The notes below the pieces were generated by a model that was not told the origin of the DNA, did no database searches, and saw only the letters and a list, made by a program, of their open reading frames with translations. The position numbers and the translations under genes were made by a program. 64,000 nucleotides of DNA from Burkholderiales bacterium. GTDB taxonomy: Bacteria > Pseudomonadota > Gammaproteobacteria > Burkholderiales > SG8-39. Below are positions 36,170-44,603 of this stretch, one piece after another (the first letter of the stretch is position 1; each line of letters starts with the position of its first letter). Location: the NCBI GenBank assembly GCA_035652275.1, contig DASREB010000162.1, positions 4,371 to 68,370 on the forward strand. Reading direction: 5' to 3'.

Positions 36170-36708
36170 GGTGGTCGGCGGAGATCTTGCGGCGCCTGGC
36201 CATTGGCCTGGTGCTGCTCGGCTCGCTCGGCATGATGCTCTCCATGCTGATCTGCGCCGCCGACGTGGTCGGCACCAATTTCTTCGACTGGCCGGTGCCC
36301 GGAACGCTCGAGATCACGGAGAGCACTATGGTGCTGATCGTCTTTGGCGCGCTCGCGTTCACGCAGGAAAAGCGTGGCCACATCCGCGTCGAGCTCCTGC
36401 ACGGCTACATGAGCGCGCGCGGCAAGTCGCTGGCCGACCTCTTCACCCATTTGCTCGCGCTCGTGTTCTTCGTGCTACTGGCCTGGTACAGCTTTAGCGA
36501 GCTCGCCTATAGCTGGGAGATCCAGGAGGCGACGATGGGCACGATCCGCTTCCCGCTCTATCCTGCGCGGACGCTGCTTACCGCCGGCGCGGTGCTGCTC
36601 GTGCTGCAGCTCGTGCTCGACGTGATCGGGGACTTCGGCCGGGCCTGGCGCGGCGAGCCGCCGCCGCAGCACGGCCCCGCGCCGCAAGACTCGGCCAAGG
36701 TGAGCTGA
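36166..36708 (+). CDS. TRAP transporter small permease (DctQ type)
   Basis: ATGA overlap with the dctP-like stop. Four TM helices, about 180 aa. Confidence 0.8.
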   Translation: MRWSAEILRRLAIGLVLLGSLGMMLSMLICAADVVGTNFFDWPVPGTLEITESTMVLIVFGALAFTQEKRGHIRVELLHGYMSARGKSLADLFTHLLALVFFVLLAWYSFSELAYSWEIQEATMGTIRFPLYPARTLLTAGAVLLVLQLVLDVIGDFGRAWRGEPPPQHGPAPQDSAKVS

Positions 36709-36716
36709 GCAGAGCC

Positions 36717-38036
36717 ATGGAGCTGCTCTCCGCCCAGGCGGCCGGCTGGATCGTCATTCCGTTCCTCATCGTGTGCCTCGCGTTCGGCGTGCACATCGGC
36801 GTGGCGCTCGGTCTTGCCGGATTCATCGGCATCCTCCTCACCGTCGGGCCCGACGCCGCCGGGGCGCAGTTCGCCGCGATTCCGTTCAGCACCACCAACA
36901 ATTTCAACCTCGCGGTGATTCCGCTTTTCATCCTGATGGGCTCGTTTGCCACCGCGGCGGGCATCGTCACCGAATGCTTCCACACCGCGTACCTCTGGCT
37001 CGGCAAGCTGCGCGGCGGCCTCGCGATGGCGACCGTCATGTCCTCTGCCGCGTTCGGCGCGGCGTCGGGCTCCACGATCGTGAATGCGGCGGTGTTCACC
37101 AAGATGGCGATGCCGGAGATGACACGCTTCGGCTACGACGTGCGCCTGAGCTCGGGCTGCATCGCCGCCGCGGGAACGCTCGCGGCGCTCATCCCGCCCA
37201 GCATCCTGATGGTGATCTACGGCGTGATCACCGAGCAGTCGATCGGCAAGCTCCTCATCGCCGGCATCATCCCGGGCATCGTCACGGCGCTCATCTATTG
37301 CGGCGGCATCTACGTGCTGGCGCGCGTGCGGCCTGATCTCGCGCCGCGCGCCGACATCAAGGTCGACTGGTCCGCGCGCTTGCGCTCGCTTTACGGCGTG
37401 TCCGGCATCGCGGTTCTCTTCTTCCTCGTGGTGGGCGGCATCTATGGCGGCTACTTTCCGGCCACCTACGCCGGCGCGATCGGCGCCTTCGGCGCGTTCG
37501 TCATCGCCCTGGTCAAGAGGAAGCTCGGTCTCGGCACGCTCACCGAGGTGCTGAAGGAGGCGGCGGTCACCACCTCGGTGATCTTCATCATCGTCGTCGG
37601 CGGCATGCTGTTCGCGCGCTTCCTCACCTATTCCGGGCTGGTCGACATCATCTCCACCGGGCTGCTCTCGCTCGGCACCGGCAAGTACACCTACCTCATC
37701 GGCTACGTCGTACTCTTCACGATCCTCGGCTGCTTCATCGAGCCGATCGCCATCATGGTGATGACCCTGCCGATCATGTACCCGGTGATGGTGGCGCAGG
37801 GCTTCGACCCGATCTGGCTCGGCGTGGTGTCGGTGAAGCTCGCCGAGATCGGCGTGCTGACGCCGCCAGTGGGCCTGAACGTCTTCGTGGTGAAGAGCTC
37901 CTCGCCGGTGCCGGTCACGCTCGGCCAGGTGTTCACCGGCGTGATGCCGTTCATTGCGATGGATTTCCTCTCGCTCGTGCTCTACGTGTTCTTCCCCGGG
38001 ATGATCACGTGGCTGCCTAACCTGATGGCGAAGTAG
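36717..38036 (+). CDS. TRAP transporter large permease (DctM type)
   Basis: 439 aa polytopic protein with typical DctM N-terminus and length. Confidence 0.9.
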   Translation: MELLSAQAAGWIVIPFLIVCLAFGVHIGVALGLAGFIGILLTVGPDAAGAQFAAIPFSTTNNFNLAVIPLFILMGSFATAAGIVTECFHTAYLWLGKLRGGLAMATVMSSAAFGAASGSTIVNAAVFTKMAMPEMTRFGYDVRLSSGCIAAAGTLAALIPPSILMVIYGVITEQSIGKLLIAGIIPGIVTALIYCGGIYVLARVRPDLAPRADIKVDWSARLRSLYGVSGIAVLFFLVVGGIYGGYFPATYAGAIGAFGAFVIALVKRKLGLGTLTEVLKEAAVTTSVIFIIVVGGMLFARFLTYSGLVDIISTGLLSLGTGKYTYLIGYVVLFTILGCFIEPIAIMVMTLPIMYPVMVAQGFDPIWLGVVSVKLAEIGVLTPPVGLNVFVVKSSSPVPVTLGQVFTGVMPFIAMDFLSLVLYVFFPGMITWLPNLMAK

Positions 38037-38038
38037 AA

Positions 38039-39439
38039 ATGTCGATCCTGCAGGCCGACGGCGGGAAGTTCCCGACGCACACGCAGGTGCTCGTTATCGG
38101 CGCGGGCGCCTGCGGCACCATCGCGGCGCTCGCGGCGAAGGAGCACGGCGCGGAGGCGTTCATCGTCGAGCGCGACGCCAAGCCTTCCGGCAGCACGTCG
38201 CTCTCGAGCGGGCAGATCCCGGCCGCCGGCACCAAGCTGCAGCGCGCGGCGGGGCTCGTCGACGACACGCCCGAGCTCCTCTATCGCGACATCCTCGCCA
38301 AATCGCACGGCGAATGCGACCACGCCATTGCCCGCGTCATCGCCGAGGAATCGAAGAACACGGTCGAGTGGCTGGTGGAGAAGCAGAAGGTGCCGCTCAC
38401 CTGCATCCTCAACTTCCAGTATCCCGGCCACAGCCGCCCGCACATGCACGCGGCGAAGTCGCTCGACGGGGCGGAGCTGCATGCAGCGCTGCTCGCGGCG
38501 ATCGAGCGCGAGGAGATCCCGCTCGCCACGTCGGCGCGTGCGACCGATCTTTACGCCGACGCCGATGGCCGCATCCGCGGCGTGCGCGTCACGCGTCCCG
38601 ACGGCAAGACCGAGGACATCGGCTGCGATGCGCTGATCCTCGCCTGCAACGGCTACGGCGGCAGCAAGGAAATGCTCAAGCGCTTCATCCCGGCTGCGGT
38701 CGATCTTTTCTATGAAGGACACGTCGGCAACCAGGGCGACGCGGTGCGCTGGGGCGAGGAGCTCGGTGCGTCGCTGAAGGACATGGGCTCCTTCCAGGGC
38801 CACGGCGCGATGGCGACGCCGCACGGCGTGCATCTCAACTGGGCCACCGTCACCGAAGGCGGCTTCCATGTGAACGCGCACGGCAAGCGCTTCTCCAACG
38901 AGAATGCGGGCTACTCGGAGCAGGCGCTCAAGGTCCAGCACCAGCCCGGCGCCGTCGCCTGGGCGATCTGGGACGAGCGCTGCGACGCCATTGCCATGCA
39001 GCAGGCGAGCCACGTCGAGGCCAAGGAGGCCGGCGCCGTCAAGCGCTGCAGTTCCGTCGAGGAGATCGCGCGCATCGTCGGCTGCGATGCCAAGGCGCTT
39101 GCGCAGACCTTCGCCGACGTCGCCGCCGCCGTGCGCGGCGAAAAGCGCGACGAGTTCCGCCGCGACTTCACGGGCAAGCCGATGCTCAAGCCGCCGTACT
39201 GTGTTTGCAAGATCGCGGGTGCGCTGACGCATACGCAGGGCGGACTCGAGGTGAACACCGAAATGCGGGTCCTCCGCAAAGACGGGAAACCGTTTCCAAA
39301 CCTTTTTGCCGGCGGCGGCGCCGCGCGCGGGCTTTCGGGGCCGTCCGACTGGGGCTATCTTTCCGGCTCCGGCCTCATGACCGCGACCAGCATGGGCCGG
39401 CTCGCCGGCATCGCGGCGGCGAAGCTCGTCGGCAAGTAA
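38039..39439 (+). CDS. FAD-binding oxidoreductase of the fumarate reductase/succinate dehydrogenase flavoprotein (flavocytochrome-c-like) family
   Basis: Starts 2 nt after the dctM-like stop. VLVIGAGACGTIAALAA dinucleotide fold, SGSTSLSSGQI, C-terminal GGLEVN...LFAGGG...SGSGL. Confidence 0.85.
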   Translation: MSILQADGGKFPTHTQVLVIGAGACGTIAALAAKEHGAEAFIVERDAKPSGSTSLSSGQIPAAGTKLQRAAGLVDDTPELLYRDILAKSHGECDHAIARVIAEESKNTVEWLVEKQKVPLTCILNFQYPGHSRPHMHAAKSLDGAELHAALLAAIEREEIPLATSARATDLYADADGRIRGVRVTRPDGKTEDIGCDALILACNGYGGSKEMLKRFIPAAVDLFYEGHVGNQGDAVRWGEELGASLKDMGSFQGHGAMATPHGVHLNWATVTEGGFHVNAHGKRFSNENAGYSEQALKVQHQPGAVAWAIWDERCDAIAMQQASHVEAKEAGAVKRCSSVEEIARIVGCDAKALAQTFADVAAAVRGEKRDEFRRDFTGKPMLKPPYCVCKIAGALTHTQGGLEVNTEMRVLRKDGKPFPNLFAGGGAARGLSGPSDWGYLSGSGLMTATSMGRLAGIAAAKLVGK

Positions 39440-39443
39440 GGCT

Positions 39444-39467
39444 GTCGTCCCCGCGAAGGCGGGAACC
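39444..39467. repeat. REP unit (single)
   Basis: GTCGTCCCCGCGAAGGCGGGAACC, followed by aacttcctgaaaaat. Same orientation as the left half of the composite elements. Confidence 0.7.
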
Positions 39468-39629
39468 AACTTCCTGAAAAATCTCCGCCTGCGTCCGTTG
39501 ACGGCCAGGCGGTTCGAGCGCAACCTGTTCGGCAGCATTTCCTTCCGCGTCGCCAAACCGGATATACCTCCGGTCACAACGCCAAAGGCGTTCCTGACGT
39601 GATTTGGCCAAGCACACTGCGGAGGGGCC

Positions 39630-40589
39630 ATGCGAATACTTCCTTCAATCGCACTCATCGTCCTGAGCAGCATCGGCGTCGCCAGTGCGCAGGATTACCC
39701 CGTGCGGCCAGTGACGATCGTCCTGCCTGCTGCAGCGGGCGGCGCCACCGACATCCTCGGGCGTCTCGTTGCACAGCAGCTGTCGCAGCAGTTTGGCAAA
39801 CAGTTCGTCGTCGAAAATCGCGTTGGCGCTGGCGGCAATATCGGGACGGCTGCGGTCGCCAAGGCGCCGCGGGACGGATACACGCTGCTCTTCACCATCA
39901 GCTCTTCGCACGCCGTAAGTCCGCTGTTGTATGCCCAACCCGGTTTCGATCCGGTCAAGGATTTCGATCCAGTCATCCTCGTCGCGAGGGTTCCTTTCCT
40001 CCTGGTCGTGCACTCGTCCGTACCGGCTTCTTCGGTCAAGGAACTGATCGCCCTCGCCAAGGCCCAGCCAGGAAAGATCACTTACGGCTCCTCTGGCAAC
40101 GGCAGCACCAATCACCTGGCGGGCGAGATGTTCAAGACCATGTCTGGCGTAGACATACTCCATGTCCCGTATAAGGGCGTGGCAGCGGTCCTGACGGACA
40201 TGCTGGGCGGTCGCATCCAAGTGGTATTCGCGAGCGTGCCATCGGTGCGTTCCCAGCTGAAGGACGGAAACCTTCGTGCGCTCGCCATTACCACCCTCAA
40301 GCGCTCCGCGCTCGTGCCGGAACTGCCACCCGTGGGTGATACGGTGAAGGGCTACGACGTCGATTTTTGGGTGGCTCTCTTCACGCCGTCCGGGACGGCC
40401 AAGGAAATTTCGACCAAGCTGTACGGCGCGCTGACAAGAGCACTTGCCGGCGCCGATGTTCGGGAGCGCTTCGCGGCTCAGGGTGCGGATGTCGTAGGTG
40501 GCAGTCCGGACGAGCTGGCGACCACCCTGCGCGCGGACCTCGCAAAGTGGGCCAAGATCGTAACGGCGACCGGCGTTAAGATCGACTGA
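39630..40589 (+). CDS. Bug/TctC-family substrate-binding protein (orphan; codon usage atypical for the window)
   Basis: GGAGGGG SD and signal peptide. YPVRPVTIVLPAAAGGATDILGR...ENRVGAGGNIG. About 30% A/T-ending codons in my manual count of the first ~135 codons, versus about 10-18% in the other Bug genes. Confidence 0.9.
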   Translation: MRILPSIALIVLSSIGVASAQDYPVRPVTIVLPAAAGGATDILGRLVAQQLSQQFGKQFVVENRVGAGGNIGTAAVAKAPRDGYTLLFTISSSHAVSPLLYAQPGFDPVKDFDPVILVARVPFLLVVHSSVPASSVKELIALAKAQPGKITYGSSGNGSTNHLAGEMFKTMSGVDILHVPYKGVAAVLTDMLGGRIQVVFASVPSVRSQLKDGNLRALAITTLKRSALVPELPPVGDTVKGYDVDFWVALFTPSGTAKEISTKLYGALTRALAGADVRERFAAQGADVVGGSPDELATTLRADLAKWAKIVTATGVKID

Positions 40590-40594
40590 CGCTG

Positions 40595-40645
40595 ATGGGC
40601 CGGCTCGCCGGCATCGCCACAGCAAAACTCGTCAAGGAGCAATGA
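40595..40645 (+). pseudogene. Relic copy of the last 16 codons of an FAD-oxidoreductase gene (duplicate of 39392-39439)
   Basis: Encodes MGRLAGIATAKLVKEQ*, compared with MGRLAGIAAAKLVGK* at the real 3' end. The first 23 nt are identical and 38/48 nt match overall. Its TGA overlaps the GST ATG (ATGA). Confidence 0.55.
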
Positions 40646-41331
40646 TGATCAAGTTCTACTACAGCACTGCACCGAACCCGATGAAGGTGGCTCTCTGCCT
40701 CGAGGAGATGGGCCTCGCCTATGAGCCGATCCCGGTGGACACGCGCAAGGGCGAGCAACACAAGCCCGGCTACCTGGCGATCAATCCCAACGCCAAGGTG
40801 CCCTCGATCGTGGATGGCGAAGTGACGATGTTCGATAGCAACGCGATCGTGCTCTATCTCGCCGAGAAGACCGGCAAGTTCCTGCCCAAGAAGGCGCAGG
40901 AACGCGGGCCCATGCTGTCTTGGTTGATGTTCGTCGCCTCGGGCATCGGGCCCTTCACCGGCCAGTACGTGCACTTCAAGAACTACGCGCCGGAGAAGAT
41001 CGCCTACGCCCTCAACCGCTACGAGTTCGAGGCGCTGCGCCACTGGGGCATCGTCGATGCGCAACTCGCGAAGAACAAATACATGGTCGGCGACACCTAC
41101 ACCATCGTCGACATGGCGCTCTGGGGCTGGGCGCGGCTCGTCCCAAATATCCTGGGCGACCAAGCGGCGAAATTCGCCAACGTCAAGCGCCTTGTCGACG
41201 AGATCAGCGCTCGTCCGGCCGCCCAGAAGGCGGTGGCCCTCAAGGACCGCCACGCGTTCAAGACCGAGTTGGACGAGGAAGCAAAGCGCGCCATGTTCCC
41301 GGGCAACTACCGGGCGCACGCTGCCGCCTGA
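40642..41331 (+). CDS. Glutathione S-transferase
   Basis: 229 aa. N-terminal thioredoxin-like domain (KVALCLEE...INPNAKVPSIVDG...FDSNAIVLYLAEK) and helical C-terminal domain. Confidence 0.85.
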   Translation: MMIKFYYSTAPNPMKVALCLEEMGLAYEPIPVDTRKGEQHKPGYLAINPNAKVPSIVDGEVTMFDSNAIVLYLAEKTGKFLPKKAQERGPMLSWLMFVASGIGPFTGQYVHFKNYAPEKIAYALNRYEFEALRHWGIVDAQLAKNKYMVGDTYTIVDMALWGWARLVPNILGDQAAKFANVKRLVDEISARPAAQKAVALKDRHAFKTELDEEAKRAMFPGNYRAHAAA

Positions 41332-41339
41332 GTAAGGCT

Positions 41340-41363
41340 GGGTCCCCGCGAAGGCGGGGACCC
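41340..41363. repeat. REP unit acting as probable bidirectional terminator hairpin
   Basis: GGGTCCCCGC-GAAG-GCGGGGACCC between convergent GST (+) and amidohydrolase (-). Confidence 0.7.
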
Positions 41364-41367
41364 ATCT

Positions 41368-42594
41368 TCACGGGCGCAGGAGCTCCGGCGCGTGCCAGCG
41401 CACCGTCTGCTGCCCTTTCTTGAACGCCGCGACCGGCCTCGAAATCTCCGCAATCGCCTGCTCGGGAGATTCGGCCTCGAGGATCACGACGTCGGCCGGC
41501 TGGCCACGGGCAAAGCCGTAATCCCGCATGTTGAGCAGCTTCGCCGAGCGATCGGTCAGCATGCTGAAGCATTCGCGCAGCTGCGACGGCCGGTCGAGCT
41601 GAATCACATTGGCGTAGAGGTTCGCCATGCGGATGAGCGAGCAGTCGCCGTAAGGCGTGGCCGGATTCAGAATGTTGTTGGACGAGAGCGAGCAATTCAC
41701 GCCGTGTTCGACGAGGAAGTTCGCGTCAGCCACACCGCGGCGCACGCTGTGCTCTTGGTCGCGGCCCATGAGGAATAGGTCGGTCGCCGGCAGCACGGTC
41801 ACGGCGACGCCGGCATCCGCGAGGCTTCGCGCGATCTTCGCCACTTCGCTTGGCGGCAGGAGCGAGAGCTTGGCCATGTGGCCGACCACCACGCGACCGC
41901 CGCGTTTGTATTTCTCGGTCAGCTCGCGCACCAGGTGGATGTACATGCCCTCGGGCGTGTGGCCGACGTCGAGGTGCATGTCGATGTCGACGTCGAACTC
42001 GCGCGCGAGCTCGAAGATGCGCCTGACCTGCGCCGTGCCGTCCGTGTCATAGCGCGGCGCGCCGCCGACGACCGGCGCGCCACGGCGCAGTGATTCGACG
42101 AGGAGCTCGTCGGTCCCCGGATAGTTCGTCAGCCCCTCCTGCGGGAAGACGCACATCTGCACGTCGATCGCCCACTTGTAGTCGGCGATGAGGGATGCGA
42201 CCGCTTCGAAGCCGCGCATGCCGATGCCCGGGTCGACCTCCACCTGAGTGCGCATGCGCGTCGTGCCGTGCAGGATGCATTGCTCGAGCGTGCGCGCCGC
42301 CCGCGTGCGCACGTCTTCGATCGACATGCTCTTCTTGAGCGGCGCGACGCCGAGGACCGGGCTCAGCGTGCGGCGATCCTGCGGCGTGCAACGGTCGATG
42401 ATGCGCGACTTGTCGAGGTGGATATGCGTCTCGATGAGACCCGGGCAGGCGAGGCGGCCTTGCGCGTCAAAGCTCGGGCCGTCGGCAGCGAGCCGGCGCT
42501 CGATCGCCACGAGGCGGCCTTCGTCGATGCCGAGGTCCATCGGCGCGCCTTCCGGGCTGCCGGCGAGGCGGGCGTTGCGAATGATGAGATCCAC
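41368..42594 (-). CDS. Amidohydrolase, cytosine deaminase (CodA/AtzC)-like
   Basis: GLIETHIHLDK, VFPQEG, HLDV...H. 408 aa. Confidence 0.8.
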   Translation of the reverse strand: MDLIIRNARLAGSPEGAPMDLGIDEGRLVAIERRLAADGPSFDAQGRLACPGLIETHIHLDKSRIIDRCTPQDRRTLSPVLGVAPLKKSMSIEDVRTRAARTLEQCILHGTTRMRTQVEVDPGIGMRGFEAVASLIADYKWAIDVQMCVFPQEGLTNYPGTDELLVESLRRGAPVVGGAPRYDTDGTAQVRRIFELAREFDVDIDMHLDVGHTPEGMYIHLVRELTEKYKRGGRVVVGHMAKLSLLPPSEVAKIARSLADAGVAVTVLPATDLFLMGRDQEHSVRRGVADANFLVEHGVNCSLSSNNILNPATPYGDCSLIRMANLYANVIQLDRPSQLRECFSMLTDRSAKLLNMRDYGFARGQPADVVILEAESPEQAIAEISRPVAAFKKGQQTVRWHAPELLRP

Positions 42595-42661
42595 CTTTTC
42601 GCTCCTTCAGCGGGTGCTGGCAATATTGGGGCTACGCCCGCAACGTACGGAGAGCCGCCAC

Positions 42662-43630
42662 ATGAACGCGCTGTTTCGCAGCGTCCTTGCCGCCGTCCTC
42701 GTCTTTACTGCGGCGCCGGGCGCGGCGCAATCCTATCCCGCCAAGCCCGTGCACATCGTGGTGCCGTTTCCGCCGGTGGGCGCGGCGGATCTGCTCACGC
42801 GCGCAATGGGAAAGAAGCTCACCGAGATCTGGAGCCAGCCGGTGGTGACCGATAACCGGCCGGGCGCCGGCGGAAACATCGGCGCCGAAGCGGTGGCGAA
42901 GAGCGCACCGGACGGTTACACGCTGCTCATGGCGGCGGCCACGACGCACGCGGTGAGCATGAGCCTTTACCCCAAGCTCGGCTACGACCTGGAAAAAGAT
43001 CTCGTGCCGGTGAGCCTCGTGGCGAACGTGCCGCACATTCTTGTCGCGCATCCGTCCGTTCCCGGCAAGAGCCTCGCCGACGTCATCGCCTTCCTCAAGG
43101 CGCAGGGCGGCAAGGTGAACTTCGCTTCACAGGGCAACGGCACGCTTTCGCATCTCGAGTTCGAGCTGATGAAGGCGATGGGCGGCTTCAGCGCCATCCA
43201 CGTGCCCTACAAGGGCAGCGCGCCGGCCATGGTCGACCTGCTCGCCGGCAACGTGCTCTTGCTCTTCGACAGCATCCCGTCTTCGCTGCCGCAGGTCCGG
43301 GCCGGCAAGCTGCGCGGTATCGCGGTCGCCTCATCGCGCCGCTCGCCGGTGCTGGCGGAGCTGCCGACGCTGTCGGAGGGCGGCTTGACTGGATTCGCCG
43401 CCGACAACTGGTTCGGCGTCATGGCGCCGGCCGGCACGCCGGCGGCGATCGTGGCGAAGCTGAATGCCGACATCGCCGCAGCACTCGAATCGGCAGAAGT
43501 GAAGGACATCGTCGCGCGACAGGGCGGCGAGTTGCGGGCGAGCACGCCAGGCGAGATGGCGGCGCAGATCCGCAGCGACCGCGAGAAGTGGGGCAAAGTC
43601 GTGCGCGATTCCGGCGCGAGGATCGAATAG
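42662..43630 (+). CDS. Bug/TctC-family substrate-binding protein (orphan)
   Basis: ATG 42662 (MNALFRSVLAAVLVFTAAPGAAQ). YPAKPVHIVVPFPPVGAADLLTR...DNRPGAGGNIG. Confidence 0.9.
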   Translation: MNALFRSVLAAVLVFTAAPGAAQSYPAKPVHIVVPFPPVGAADLLTRAMGKKLTEIWSQPVVTDNRPGAGGNIGAEAVAKSAPDGYTLLMAAATTHAVSMSLYPKLGYDLEKDLVPVSLVANVPHILVAHPSVPGKSLADVIAFLKAQGGKVNFASQGNGTLSHLEFELMKAMGGFSAIHVPYKGSAPAMVDLLAGNVLLLFDSIPSSLPQVRAGKLRGIAVASSRRSPVLAELPTLSEGGLTGFAADNWFGVMAPAGTPAAIVAKLNADIAAALESAEVKDIVARQGGELRASTPGEMAAQIRSDREKWGKVVRDSGARIE

Positions 43631-43670
43631 GTCCGGCGCTCGAGTGCCGTTACTCGCCCGCGCGAGCGCG

Positions 43671-43717
43671 AAATAGGGACAGTCCCTGTTTTTCGAAAAT
43701 AGGGACTGTCCCTATTT
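43671..43717. repeat. 47-nt near-perfect palindrome (two ATAGGGACNGTCCCTAT-family units)
   Basis: AAATAGGGACAGTCCCT-gtttttcgaaaat-AGGGACTGTCCCTATTT. 17 perfect base pairs plus an extendable A-T stem. Same motif family as the clpB terminator. Confidence 0.8.
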
Positions 43718-43760
43718 ATCCAGAATCGAGTAGCTCAGCGTCGGCCTCGAGGGCGGAAAT

Positions 43761-44486
43761 CTGATCATCCCTCGCGCCCGGGCCTACGCCGTCCACCTGC
43801 TAACCGCCAGCGGCGTCGTCGCGGCGCTGCTGGCCGTGGCCGAGCTGCTGGCCGCAGCGCCGGACGAGCGCGTGGTGTTCGCCTGGCTCGTGGTCGCGGT
43901 CGTGATCGACGCTGTAGACGGTTCGCTCGCGCGAGCGTGGGACGTCAAGCGTTTCGCCCCGGAGATCAACGGGCGAACGATCGACGACATCGTCGATTAC
44001 TTAACGTTCACGTTCGTCCCGCTGCTCCTCGTATGGCGCATGGGCTGGGTGCCCTTCGCCCCTGGCATTCTCGGCGTCCTGTGGATCGCGCCGGCGCTGC
44101 TCGCGAGCCTGCTGGGCTTCGCCCACATCGCCGGCAAGGACGAGGCGGCAGGCTACTTCCGCGGCTTTCCAAGCTACTGGAACATCGCCGCGTTCTACGC
44201 GGGCCTCGCGTTCTACGGGCTCGGCGAGACCGCACAGTGGCTGAACGGCGTCGCGCTGCTCGCGCTCGCGGCACTGACCGTCTCGCCGGTGCGATTCCTC
44301 TACCCGAACCTCACGCCGCGGCCGTGGAAGCTGCCGGTGCTCGTCGGGGCGGCGGCGTGGCTGGCGCTGCTGCTCGGCATGCTGCTCGTCTACCGCCGGG
44401 TGCCCGGGTGGGTGGTCGGCGTGTCGCTCATATACCCGGCGTTCTACGTCGCGCTGTCGATCCTGATCGACCCGCAACGATCGTGA
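43761..44486 (+). CDS. pcs: Phosphatidylcholine synthase-like CDP-alcohol phosphatidyltransferase (start codon uncertain)
   Basis: DAVDGSLAR motif and multi-TM body. The conserved N-terminal RAYAVHLLTASG lies upstream of the first canonical start (GTG 43836). 43761 is a CTG preceded by GAGGG. Product call is more certain than the start. Confidence 0.65.
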   Translation: MIIPRARAYAVHLLTASGVVAALLAVAELLAAAPDERVVFAWLVVAVVIDAVDGSLARAWDVKRFAPEINGRTIDDIVDYLTFTFVPLLLVWRMGWVPFAPGILGVLWIAPALLASLLGFAHIAGKDEAAGYFRGFPSYWNIAAFYAGLAFYGLGETAQWLNGVALLALAALTVSPVRFLYPNLTPRPWKLPVLVGAAAWLALLLGMLLVYRRVPGWVVGVSLIYPAFYVALSILIDPQRS

Positions 44487-44540
44487 GCCATCTCGCGTGT
44501 GGCATTCGCCGAACGCATGCGACAAAACGAAAAAAGTCGC

Positions 44541-44570
44541 TTGAGCGATCCTGGCTCGAGAGTTTCTAAT
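44541..44570 (+). promoter_or_regulatory. Candidate sigma70 promoter
   Basis: TTGAGC (44541-44546), 18-nt spacer, TCTAAT (44565-44570), in an AT-richer intergenic region upstream of the ydhR-like gene. Confidence 0.3.
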
Positions 44571-44603
44571 GGCCGGCTTGTTTTCCATACACAGGGGAAC
44601 GCA

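Noticed and set aside
37982-39673. 563-aa minus-strand ORF opposite the FAD oxidoreductase
   Set aside because: Antisense artefact. It crosses the REP element and intergenic DNA, which a real gene would not be expected to do.
42618-42640. Possible sigma54 promoter (cTGGCAatattgGGGC) in the amidohydrolase/Bug divergent region
   Set aside because: The -12 element (TTGC) is absent at the correct spacing, and no enhancer-binding protein gene is nearby.
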